Positions 1-8,883 of a stretch of 64,000 bases of DNA are shown here, piece after piece. The notes beneath the pieces are model-generated. The model ran no database searches. It saw only the letters and a program-made list of their open reading frames with translations, and was not told the DNA's origin. The first letter of the stretch is position 1, and every line of letters begins with the position of its first letter. The translations under genes were made by a program, and so were the position numbers. Source of the DNA: an uncultured Gammaproteobacteria bacterium (GTDB lineage: Bacteria; Pseudomonadota; Gammaproteobacteria; Steroidobacterales; Steroidobacteraceae); assembly GCA_963736185.1 (NCBI GenBank), contig CAVTNZ010000011.1, positions 4,912 to 68,911 on the forward strand. Direction: 5' to 3'.

Positions 1-596
1 CTGGCCCAATGCGCCTCGATCCGTTCGGCCAGCGCCTCGACATAGCCTGGATCGGCGTAATAGTCGTTCACGAAGCGTGTTTCCGGAAGCCACCTCCAAC
101 GCCTCAATGCGTGCACGGTTCGATCGAACACCGAACCGGTGGTGGAGGAGCAATATTGCGGATAGAGCGGCACCACCAGCAGGCGCTTCACGTTCTGTTC
201 GGCCAGGGATTGAATGCCGGCGTCGATGCCGGGGTTGCCGTAGGTCATGGCGAGCGCCACGCGCACGCCATCGCCCAGCATCCCGCCCAGCCGGCTTTCG
301 ATCTTGCTCTTGAGCCGCTCGCTGTAGACGGCCAAAGGCGAGCCTTCCGGCGTCCAGATCTGCCGGTAATTGCGGGCGCTGCGAAACGGCCGCAGCGGCA
401 GCACGATGCCGTAAAGTATCGGCAGCCAGATCCAACGCGAGGTATTGATGACCCGCCGGTCGCCGAGAAATTCGCGCAGATATCTTTGCACCGCGAAATA
501 GGTCGGTGAATCGGGCGTACCCAGATTCACCAGCAGCACGCCGATCCGGTCCGGCGTCGCGGGTGCCGTCTGCAGCACGGCGCGGTAATAAGCCAT
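1..596 (-). CDS. hemH: ferrochelatase (N-terminal part; C-terminus lies beyond the left window edge)
   Basis: Not in the ORF track because it runs off the left edge. My translation of the minus strand from ATG (596-594) gives MAYYRAVLQTAPATPDRIGVLLVNLGTPDSPTYFAVQRY..., and later ...LVVPLYPQYCSSTTGSVFD.... LLVNLGTP and PLYPQY are classic ferrochelatase signatures. Confidence 0.85.
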   Translation of the reverse strand, partial: MAYYRAVLQTAPATPDRIGVLLVNLGTPDSPTYFAVQRYLREFLGDRRVINTSRWIWLPILYGIVLPLRPFRSARNYRQIWTPEGSPLAVYSERLKSKIESRLGGMLGDGVRVALAMTYGNPGIDAGIQSLAEQNVKRLLVVPLYPQYCSSTTGSVFDRTVHALRRWRWLPETRFVNDYYADPGYVEALAERIEAHWA

Positions 597-672
597 TGCA
601 CTTCCTCGTCAGAGCCCGATCACGTCCAGCGCGCCAGTATACTGCGTGCGTGATCCCTCACGCCGCCGCACC

Positions 673-1365
673 ATGTTTTGGTTGAGCCCCGACGAAAGCG
701 AGGCCCTGCGCCTGAGTTTGAGCGTCGCCGCACGAAGCCTCGCGGTGAGCGCGCCCGCAGCCCTGATCGTCGCCTGGGTCCTGACGCGCCGCCGCTTCGT
801 CGGGCATACGCTGCTCGATGTCCTGGTGCACCTGCCGCTGGTTCTGCCGCCCGTCGCCGTCGGTTATGGATTGCTGCTGTTGTTCGGCGTGCGCGGTCCC
901 ATCGGCGGCTGGCTCAAGAACACACTGGGTATTGAGCTGGTCTTCACGCGCAACGGCGCCGCGCTCGCCACCGCGGTGATGTCCTTTCCGCTGATGGTCC
1001 GGGCGATACGCATCTCCCTCGAGAGCATCGACCGCGGTCTGGAGGATGCGGCGCGGACATTGGGCGCGGGCGCCTTCGACCGCCTCGCCACCATCACCCT
1101 GCCGCTGATGCTGCCCGGACTGCTGGCCGGCGCCATCACCGCGTTTTCGGCCGCGCTGGGCGAATTCGGAGCGGTCATCACCTTCGTGTCGAATATTCCC
1201 GGCGAGACCCGCACGCTGCCGTTGGCGCTGTACTCCGCATTGCAGGAGCCCGGATCCGAACATGCCGCGGCCCGGCTTGCCGCGATTTCTGTGACACTGG
1301 GGATCGGCGGCCTGTTGATCGCGGAATGGCTTTCGCGCCGGGTGCGCCGCATGCTGGGGCGTTGA
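673..1365 (+). CDS. modB: molybdate ABC transporter permease
   Basis: ORF 646-1365, with the start placed at Met-10 (MFWLSPDESEALRLSLSVA...). Multi-TM ABC permease with the EAA-type loop LEDAARTLGAGAFDRLATITLPL. The stop TGA overlaps the modC ATG by 1 nt. Confidence 0.88.
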   Translation: MFWLSPDESEALRLSLSVAARSLAVSAPAALIVAWVLTRRRFVGHTLLDVLVHLPLVLPPVAVGYGLLLLFGVRGPIGGWLKNTLGIELVFTRNGAALATAVMSFPLMVRAIRISLESIDRGLEDAARTLGAGAFDRLATITLPLMLPGLLAGAITAFSAALGEFGAVITFVSNIPGETRTLPLALYSALQEPGSEHAAARLAAISVTLGIGGLLIAEWLSRRVRRMLGR

Positions 1366-2474
1366 TGCTCTCGGTGACCGCCATCAAGCAGCGCGAGGCG
1401 TTTCGCCTCGATGTGAGCTTCCAGTCGCCGACCCCGGGCGTGGTCGCCCTCTTCGGCCCGTCGGGATGCGGCAAGACCACCACGGTGAATCTCGTCGCAG
1501 GCCTGCTGCGGCCGGACCGGGGGCGCGTGGCGCTCGGCGACACGGTGCTATTCGACGCAGCGGCCGGCATCGATGTGCCGGCGGAGAAGCGCGGCATCGG
1601 ATACGTGTTTCAGGACGCGCGCCTGTTTCCGCACATGAACGTCGCCGCCAACCTGAAATTCGCCCAACGGCGCGCGACGCGAACCGGGACGATCGGATTC
1701 GACCGGGTCGTCGGCATGCTCGAGCTGCAGCCGCTCATGAGGCGCCGTGTGCATCAATTGTCCGGGGGCGAAAAGCAGCGGATCGCCATCGCCCGCGCGC
1801 TGCTGACGCAACCGCGACTGCTGCTGCTCGACGAGCCGCTCGCCTCGCTCGATCGCGGGCGCCGCGAGGAGGTGCTGCCCTATTTGGAGACGCTGCGGGA
1901 CGAGCTGCGTCTTCCCATGGTTTACGTCAGTCACCGATTCGACGAGGTGCTGAGACTGGCCACGCACATCGTGCTCATGCGCTCCGGAAGCGTCGCGGCG
2001 CAGGGCGAAATCGGCGCGATCAGCCTGGATCCGCGGCTGCGCGCGATGATCGATCCCGACGCGGTCGGCGCGGTGGTCGACGGCACGGTGATGGGCCGCG
2101 AACCGGACGGCGGACTGCTCCGGGTGCGCGTCGGCTCGGGGGAGCTGCACCTCGATGCCGCGGGTCCTCCCGGTACGACATTGCGGGTCCAGCTGCTGGC
2201 CCGCGACATCATCGTGGCGACGCAGAACCCGGAATTCCTCAGCGTGCGCAATCGTTTGCAGGGCGTCGTCACGGCGGTCGAGGACGACGGCGCCTCGGAT
2301 CTCATCTCGATCGACGTGGGCGGCGCCGACGCGGGCGGCGGCGCAACGATCCTGGCGAGGATCACCAAGACAGCCACCCGCGAGCTCGGGCTCGCCCCCG
2401 CAAAGCCCGTTTGGGCCCTGGTGAAATCCGTCGCTCTGCGCGGCGTTACTTCAACCGGGTTCCCACATGCATGA
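1365..2474 (+). CDS. modC: molybdate ABC transporter ATP-binding protein
   Basis: ORF 1326-2474, with the start placed at MLSVTAIK (1365). Walker A GPSGCGKTT, ABC signature LSGGEKQRIAIARAL, Walker B LLLLDEP. It also has a C-terminal TOBE/Mop-like extension typical of ModC. Confidence 0.88.
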   Translation: MLSVTAIKQREAFRLDVSFQSPTPGVVALFGPSGCGKTTTVNLVAGLLRPDRGRVALGDTVLFDAAAGIDVPAEKRGIGYVFQDARLFPHMNVAANLKFAQRRATRTGTIGFDRVVGMLELQPLMRRRVHQLSGGEKQRIAIARALLTQPRLLLLDEPLASLDRGRREEVLPYLETLRDELRLPMVYVSHRFDEVLRLATHIVLMRSGSVAAQGEIGAISLDPRLRAMIDPDAVGAVVDGTVMGREPDGGLLRVRVGSGELHLDAAGPPGTTLRVQLLARDIIVATQNPEFLSVRNRLQGVVTAVEDDGASDLISIDVGGADAGGGATILARITKTATRELGLAPAKPVWALVKSVALRGVTSTGFPHA

Positions 2475-2949
2475 TTCCGATGATGTGGTCGGACGATTCG
2501 AGTCCGAGCACGGCCTTCACGTCCGGATCGTACGCCGCCGCACCGGTCTTCCACATGACGCCGTAGCCCAGCCCGTGCGCCGCCAGAAAGAGATTTTCGG
2601 CGGCCGCGCCCGCGGCCACGACCTGTTCGATCTGCGGCACCTTCGGGTGCTCACGCACGCGGCAACCCACGACGATGAGCGTCGGCGAGCGCAGGATCTT
2701 ATCCCTGTCGGCCGCGACCTGCTCGCCGGTCAACGCGGGAGTGCGCCGGCGTTTGGCCTCCGCTGCAGCCGCGGCGAAGGGCTCCCTGGCCGCACCATGA
2801 AGCACGACCAGATGCCACGGCTTCAGGCGCCCATGGTCGGGCGCGCGCCCCGCGGCATTCAGGATCAGCTCGAGGTGGGCGTGAGTCGGCCCCGGCTCGC
2901 CCAATCGCGCGGCCGAGGACCTCGTATCCATCGCTTCGATTAAATCCAT
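2446..2949 (-). CDS. small nitroreductase-fold protein (YdjA-like)
   Basis: 167-aa ORF. The segments ...HGRLKPWHLVVL... and ...AAENLFLAAHGLGYGVMWKTG... resemble small nitroreductase-family proteins. It has a 29-nt convergent overlap with the modC 3' end. Confidence 0.75.
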   Translation of the reverse strand: MDLIEAMDTRSSAARLGEPGPTHAHLELILNAAGRAPDHGRLKPWHLVVLHGAAREPFAAAAAEAKRRRTPALTGEQVAADRDKILRSPTLIVVGCRVREHPKVPQIEQVVAAGAAAENLFLAAHGLGYGVMWKTGAAAYDPDVKAVLGLESSDHIIGIMHVGTRLK

Positions 2950-3080
2950 CTATTCCTTGTATGCGTTCAAAATTTTGGCGGGACGGGTGCGGCAATCGGC
3001 TATGATTCGCGAGACCGGCGAGCCCGCTCCGCATGGGATGTCTCGTCGGGAATTATACCCACTGTTTTCAAGGAGCCCTC

Positions 3081-3656
3081 ATGAAGCGAATCGTTTTGGC
3101 GCCGCTTGCCGCGTGCGTCTGCGCCGCGGCTTTTGCAGCGCCGGTCACCTATGTGCTCGACCCGAAGCATACCTACCCCAGTTTCGAGGCGGACCACATG
3201 GGCGGCCTTTCGGTCTGGCGCGGGAAGTTCACGGACACGACCGGCAAGGTCGTCTACGACAAGGCCGCCAAATCGGGCACGATCGATGTGACCGTGAACG
3301 TGGACTCCATCGACTTCGGCAATGCGAAACTGGATGAACACGCCAAGTCCGACGAGCTTTTCGATGCGGCCAAGTTCCCCACCGCGACCTACTCCGGAAA
3401 GTTCACCAAATTCGACGCGAAGGGTCCGACCGAGGCCCAGGGCACGTTCACGCTGCACGGCGTGAGCAGACCGTTGACCCTCAAGATCGACTCCTTCCTG
3501 TGCAAGCCGAATCCGATGACCCACAAGGAAGTCTGCGGAGCCGACGCCACGGCCTCGTTCGACCGGTCCGACTACGGTATCGATTTCGGTCAGAAGTACG
3601 GCTTCAAGATGTGGGTGAAGCTCCAGATCCAGGTCGAGGGAAGCCCCGCCGGCTAG
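3081..3656 (+). CDS. yceI: YceI-family periplasmic lipid/polyisoprenoid-binding protein
   Basis: ORF 3033-3656, with the start placed at [19 protein letters not shown] (signal peptide), 5 nt after AGGAG (3071-3075). [27 protein letters not shown] and [11 protein letters not shown] fit the YceI family. Confidence 0.85.
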   Translation: MKRIVLAPLAACVCAAAFAAPVTYVLDPKHTYPSFEADHMGGLSVWRGKFTDTTGKVVYDKAAKSGTIDVTVNVDSIDFGNAKLDEHAKSDELFDAAKFPTATYSGKFTKFDAKGPTEAQGTFTLHGVSRPLTLKIDSFLCKPNPMTHKEVCGADATASFDRSDYGIDFGQKYGFKMWVKLQIQVEGSPAG

Positions 3657-3665
3657 CGCGCTTCA

Positions 3666-3692
3666 GCCGGCGCTCCCGCCAGGAGCGTCGGC
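3666..3692. terminator. candidate bidirectional hairpin terminator between convergent yceI and soxG
   Basis: Imperfect inverted repeat GCCGGCGCTCC-cgcca-GGAGCGTCGGC (one mismatch) sits between the two stop codons. No clear U-tract is present. Confidence 0.3.
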
Positions 3693-4244
3693 TCATCCCG
3701 CGAACCCGTACTCGGCGGCCGCCTCGGCGAGCGCATGCCGGAAACTGCGGGTCAGGCTGCGGAACAGGAGCACCTCGAACACGGGCGCCGAATTCGAGTC
3801 GTCCGGCAGGCGCCACACGGTCACCCCGATATGCGAGGCCACCGTGGAGGCCGCGTCCCCCACCTTGAATGCCTGCGGATGCACATCGATCGGAATCAAT
3901 TTGGCCAGCGTTTCGCGCACGCAGGCGCCCGACAGCCGGATCAACGTGTAGCCGTCGCTCTGATCCGATACCGATGCCACGCCGTCCAGCTGTTCCATGA
4001 GCCTCGCGGAGAAATCGTTGCCCTCGCCCTCGACCAGCGCCAGCCACGCGCCGGGTCCCGTGCCGGTGAACACGACGCCGGGTGCGGCCGATCGGCGGGG
4101 GCCCCGCGGCAGCTCGACGCCGAACAGCTCCCGAACCCGTTGACGCAGCGCATCCGAGGCGCCTTTCCTCGCCATGACCGCGGCGATACCGAATCCGTCG
4201 AGGATCGACGCCGTGACTCCTGGGAACATCGAGGTCTCAGACAT
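3693..4244 (-). CDS. soxG: sarcosine oxidase gamma subunit
   Basis: ORF 3693-4301, with the start placed at MSETSMFPG (4244), overlapping the soxA stop (4237-4239). Its size (~183 aa) and last position in a soxB-D-A-G order fit SoxG. Confidence 0.82.
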   Translation of the reverse strand: MSETSMFPGVTASILDGFGIAAVMARKGASDALRQRVRELFGVELPRGPRRSAAPGVVFTGTGPGAWLALVEGEGNDFSARLMEQLDGVASVSDQSDGYTLIRLSGACVRETLAKLIPIDVHPQAFKVGDAASTVASHIGVTVWRLPDDSNSAPVFEVLLFRSLTRSFRHALAEAAAEYGFAG

Positions 4245-7200
4245 GCAGGCGGGCTCCTTCCGGGTCGAAGAACAGGGGCGATACCACCTCGACCTCCGCA
4301 TCGCCGGATCGAACCGGGCAGAAGGCGCGCACGCGCTCGCCGTGGCGCTCGGGTCCGCGCTTCAGGAATCCCAATCCTATCCAGTGTCCGAGCATGGGCG
4401 AATAGGCCACCGAGGTGAGATAGCCTTCATCGTTCTCCAGGCTGGGAGTCGCGCCCGGGGCGAGGAAATGCGCGCCGCCATACAGCCGCACCGACCGGTC
4501 GACCGGCCGGATCCCGACGAGCGACGGGCGTTCGGGATCCGTGAGCCCGGGCCTTTCGGCCAGCACCCGTCCGATGAAATCCTTTTTCCTGGACATCATG
4601 CGCCCGAGCCCGAGATCGGCCGCGGTCGTGGTTCCGTTCAACTCATTGCCCGCCACATGGCCTTTCTCGATGCGCATGACACCGAGCGCCTCGGTGCCGT
4701 AAGGGGTCACACCGAGGCCCTCCCCGGCCTTCATGATCGCGCGGATCGCCGAGTCGCCATGCCGGGCGGGAACCGCAAGCTCGTAGGCCAGCTCGCCGGA
4801 GAAGGAGATGCGGAACAGCCGGGCGCGCAATTTCGCCCAGGAAAATTCCGCGCACGCGAGATACGGGAAGGCGCGGTCCGACAGATCGAACGCGTCGCCC
4901 AGCAGCCGTTGCAGGAGCTCGCGCGATTTCGGCCCTGCGACGGCGTATTGGGCCCACTGCTCGGTGACCGAGACGATCTGCACGTCGAGCTCGGGCCACA
5001 GGATCTGCCGGGCGTGTTCCAGGTGCGCCATGACGCCGGCGGCATTCGCCGTGGTCGTCGACATCACGTAGCGGTCCTTCGCGAGCTGCGCCGTGGTGCC
5101 GTCGTCCATGACGAACCCGTCCTCGCGCAGCATCAACCCGTAACGCGATTTTCCGACCGGCAGCGTCGAGAACATGTTGATGTAGACCCGGTCGAGAAAC
5201 GCGCCGGCGTCCGGCCCCTGAATATCGATCTTCCCCAGCGTCGACACATCGCACACGCCGACGCCCGAGCGCACGGAGCGCACCTCGCGCGTGACCGTCT
5301 CCTGCCAGCTCGACTCGCCGGGCGCGGTGAACCATTGGGCGCGCAGCCATTGGCCGGCCTCGACGAAGGTCGCACCCTGCTCGCGCGCCCAATCGTGCCC
5401 GGCGGTGAAGCGCGTCGGACGAAAATGCGCGCCGCGGTGCGGACCCGCGAGCGCGCCGATCGACACCGGCGTATAGGGCGGCCGCGCGGTGGTCGTGCCC
5501 ACGCTCGGAATGGAGCGTTCGGTGAGCGCGGCCATGATGGCGAGCCCGTTGACGTTCGACGTTTTTCCCTGATCGGTCGCCATCCCAAGCGTCGTATAGC
5601 GTTTCAGGTGCTCGACCGAACGGAACCCCTCGCGCTCCGCAAGCTCCACGTCCTCGCGGGTCACGTCGTGCTGCAAATCGACGAATGCCTTGCCGACGGA
5701 GTCCTCGACGAACCAGAGCGCACTCGCGCGGACCCGGTCGTCGGAGCTCTTCCAGGAGGGCATTGCTCGTGCAGCGAATCCGGTCGCGACGGCCGCCTGA
5801 ATGCCGGCCTGCGCGCCCTGCCTGAGCGAGTCGCCCAGCCCGAACGATCCGGCGCAGGCGCCCGCGGTGCCCATGCCGCGCGGCAGATCACCCGGCACGA
5901 AGGCCGAGATCTGCTGCGACCACTGCGGCTTGCTTCCGAGATGCGTCGACAGCGCCAGACTTGGGTTCCAGCCGCCGGATACGGCCAGCAGATCGACCGC
6001 GTATCGCGCGATCCGCCCGTCCGGGCCGCGCACCGAGATGCGCGACAGCCGCTGCCAACCCTCGGTGCCGACGACTTGCGAGTTCAACAGGACGTGCACG
6101 TGGCCGCGCTGCGCCGCGCCGGACGAGCGCGGGGTCCACGTCGGATCGCGAGTCGATCACCGCCTCCACGGCGACGCCCGCCTGCACCAGATCGGCGGCG
6201 GTCTTCCATCCGTCGTCGCTCGACGTGAAAATCGCGGCGCGCCGTCCGGGCGCGACCGCGAAGCGGTTGACGTAGGTGCGGACGGCGGCGGCCAGCATGA
6301 CGCCGGGCCGATCGTTGTCCCCGAACACGATGGGGCGCTCCACGGCGCCCGCCGCGAGCACGCTGCGCCGCGCGACGATTTTCCACAATCGCTGGCGCGG
6401 CCGATGGGCCGCCGGCACGGCGAGGTGGTCGCAAACGCGCTCCAGCGCGCCGTAAGTCCGCGCGCCGCTCAAGCCGCCGTCGTACGCGCCGAATACCGTG
6501 GTGCGCGGCATGACTCGAACGTTCGGCATGCAACGAAGTTCCGATTCGACCCGCCATGCCCAATCGCGTCCGCTGAGATCGTCGATGACGTGACGGTCGC
6601 CGTTCAACCGGCCGCCCAGCACGAAGTCCTCATCGCATAGAATGACCCGCGCGCCCGCGCGTCCGGCGAGCAGCGCGGCGGCGAGGCCCGCCGGACCGGC
6701 ACCGATGATCAGCACGTCGCAAAATGCGTGCGCCTTGTCGTACGTGTCGGGATCGGGCTCGCGGCTGGCGCGCCCGAGCCCCGCCGCCCTGCGGATCATG
6801 GGCTCATAGAGCTTTTCCCAGAGCGCGGCCGGCCACATGAAGGTCTTGTAGTAAAAGCCGGCCACGAAGATCGGCGACAACAGGGAATTGACCGCGCCCA
6901 GATCGAAGCCGACGCCCGGCCACGAGTTCTGGCTGCGCGCCACGAGCCCCTCGAAGAGCTCCGCGACCGTCGCACGGGTATTGGGCTCGCGCCGGGCGCC
7001 GCCGCGAAGTTCGACCAGCGCATTGGGCTCCTCGGATCCCGCGGCGATCACGCCGCGCGGGCGGTGATACTTGAAGGAGCGGCCGACCAGGTGCACGCCC
7101 GCCGCGAGCAGCGCGGACGCCAGCGTATCGCCGGCGAAACCCCGGTATCGATGCCCGTCGAACTCGAATCCGAGCGGGCGTGCGCGATCCACGACCCCAT

Positions 7201-7252
7201 GATGCGGCAGGCGATACGGCTGCGACGGCGTGCGATCGCGGGCGGCGCTCAT
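4237..7252 (-). pseudogene. soxA: sarcosine oxidase alpha subunit, reading frame interrupted by an apparent single-base frameshift near 6100-6115
   Basis: Two consecutive minus-strand ORFs (7339->5888 and 6099->4237) read together as one ~1005-aa SoxA. N-terminal part: FEFDGHRYRGFAGDTLASALLAAGVHLVGRSFKYHRPRG and the dinucleotide motif DVLIIGAGPAGLAAAL. C-terminal part is GcvT-like: VGVCDVSTLGKIDIQGPDAGAFLDRV. The span 7252-4237 is 3016 nt (3n+1). The frames switch at ...VDPALVRRGAA | HVHVLLNSQVVGTEG.... Confidence 0.8.
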
Positions 7253-7530
7253 GAGCGGCCCTGCGCCGCGTCGAGCGGCTTGCCGAGCGCCACCGCGAGG
7301 ATCTCGTGGGTGCGGGTGTCGCGGGTCACCTTGAGCCACCCCCGGCAGCCGAAGACGTGATACCAGAGCTCCTCGTGCGCGCCCGCGGGATTGACGCGCA
7401 GGTATACCTCCTCGAAAAATCGATGCTCCGCGTCGGGCGCCGCGGGATCCGGACGCTTGAATGCCGCATCGCCACGGTACGAGAACTCGCTCAAATCACG
7501 TTCGCCGCAAAAAGGGCATTGGATGCGCAT
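7249..7530 (-). CDS. soxD: sarcosine oxidase delta subunit
   Basis: 93 aa, MRIQCPFCGERDLSEFSYRGDA.... The Cys-containing N-terminus, the size and the position between soxB and soxA all fit SoxD. The stop overlaps the soxA ATG (ATGA). Confidence 0.88.
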   Translation of the reverse strand: MRIQCPFCGERDLSEFSYRGDAAFKRPDPAAPDAEHRFFEEVYLRVNPAGAHEELWYHVFGCRGWLKVTRDTRTHEILAVALGKPLDAAQGRS

Positions 7531-7578
7531 CGATCTATCGAAACCTTGTGGGTGGAAGTGGGAAGCTCGTCTCTCGGG

Positions 7579-8832
7579 TCAATGCAGATTCGGCTGGGCG
7601 CCGACGCCCCTCTCATCGATGAGCCGGCCCTTCGCGAATCGATCGAGACGATAGGCCCGCGCCACCTCGTGAGGCTCGTCGCGCGCCAGCAGATGGGCGA
7701 AGCACCAGCCCGAAGCGGGTGTCGCCTTGAATCCGCCGTAGCACCATCCGGCGTTCAGGTACAGACCCGGTACGGGGGTATGGTCGATGATCGGCGAACC
7801 GTCCATCGACATATCCATGATGCCGCCCCAGGAGCGCAGCACCCGGACCCGCCCGAGCGCGGGCATCAACGCCATCCCGCCCTCGCAGACATCCTCGACG
7901 GTGGGAAGATTTCCGCGCTGCGCATACGAGTTGTACCCATCGAGGTCGCCGCCGAACACGAGGCTGCCCTTGTCGGATTGGCTGATGTAGAAATGCCCGG
8001 CTCCGAACGTCAGCACGCCCGGAATGAACGGCTTGATCGCTTCGGACACGAACGCCTGCAGCACGTGGCTTTCGATCGGCAGCCGCAAATCCGCCATCGC
8101 GGCGAGCCGCGATGTGTTGCCCGCCACGGCCAGGCCGACCTTCTGCGCACGAATCGCGCCGCGCGTGGTCTCGACGCCGGCGACCCGGCCGGCCTCGCGG
8201 ATCAGCCCCGTCACCTCGCAATTTTGAATGATGTCGACCCCGCGCCCCGAGGCCGCGCGCGCGTACCCCCAGACGACCGCGTCGTGGCGCGCCGTGCCGC
8301 CCCGCCGCTGCAGCAGTCCGCCCTGGATCGGAAACCGCGCATTGTCGAAATCGAGAAAAGGCAGCATGCGGCGCACCGCCGCCGCGTCGATCAGCTCGGC
8401 GTCCACACCGTGCAGCCTCATGCCGTTGCCACGCCGCGCATAAGCGTCGCGCTGCGCATCGGAGTGATACAAATTGAGCACGCCGCGCTGGCTGACCATG
8501 GCGTTGTAGTTGAGGTCCTGCTCCAGCCCCTCCCACAGCTTCATCGACAGCTCGTAGAACGGGTTGTTGCCGGGCAGGAGATAATTGGAGCGGATGATGG
8601 TGGTGTTTCGGCCTGCATTGCCGGACCCGATCCAGCCCTTCTCCACCACCGCGACGTTCGACAGCCCATGCACCTTGGAAAGATAGTGGGCCGTGGCCAG
8701 ACCGTGGCCGCCGCCGCCGACCACCACGATGTCGTACGCCGGCTTCGGAGCGGCGTCCCGCCACGCAGGCTGCCAACCGCGATGATCGGTCAGGGCTTGG
8801 CGGACCAGATTGAAAATTGAGTAGCGCATCAA
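7579..8832 (-). CDS. soxB: sarcosine oxidase beta subunit (FAD-dependent)
   Basis: 417 aa with the FAD motif YDIVVVGGGGHGLATAHYL. It resembles SoxB/DAO-family proteins along its full length and is the first sox gene of the operon. Confidence 0.9.
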   Translation of the reverse strand: MMRYSIFNLVRQALTDHRGWQPAWRDAAPKPAYDIVVVGGGGHGLATAHYLSKVHGLSNVAVVEKGWIGSGNAGRNTTIIRSNYLLPGNNPFYELSMKLWEGLEQDLNYNAMVSQRGVLNLYHSDAQRDAYARRGNGMRLHGVDAELIDAAAVRRMLPFLDFDNARFPIQGGLLQRRGGTARHDAVVWGYARAASGRGVDIIQNCEVTGLIREAGRVAGVETTRGAIRAQKVGLAVAGNTSRLAAMADLRLPIESHVLQAFVSEAIKPFIPGVLTFGAGHFYISQSDKGSLVFGGDLDGYNSYAQRGNLPTVEDVCEGGMALMPALGRVRVLRSWGGIMDMSMDGSPIIDHTPVPGLYLNAGWCYGGFKATPASGWCFAHLLARDEPHEVARAYRLDRFAKGRLIDERGVGAQPNLH

Positions 8833-8883
8833 CGGTGCAATCCAAAGTCAGGGCTCGGCGCCGGCGGGAGATTCTACGTCGAA

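Noticed and set aside
597-672. Possible Moco riboswitch upstream of modB
   Set aside because: The spacer is only 76 nt and is shared with the divergent hemH. That is too short for the ~130-nt Moco RNA motif, and I saw no conserved elements.
4174-6228. 684-aa plus-strand ORF, and other ORFs overlapping soxA (for example 4643-5392 on the minus strand)
   Set aside because: These are antisense or out-of-frame relative to the SoxA coding frames. They have Arg/Pro/Gly-rich composition and no recognisable domains.
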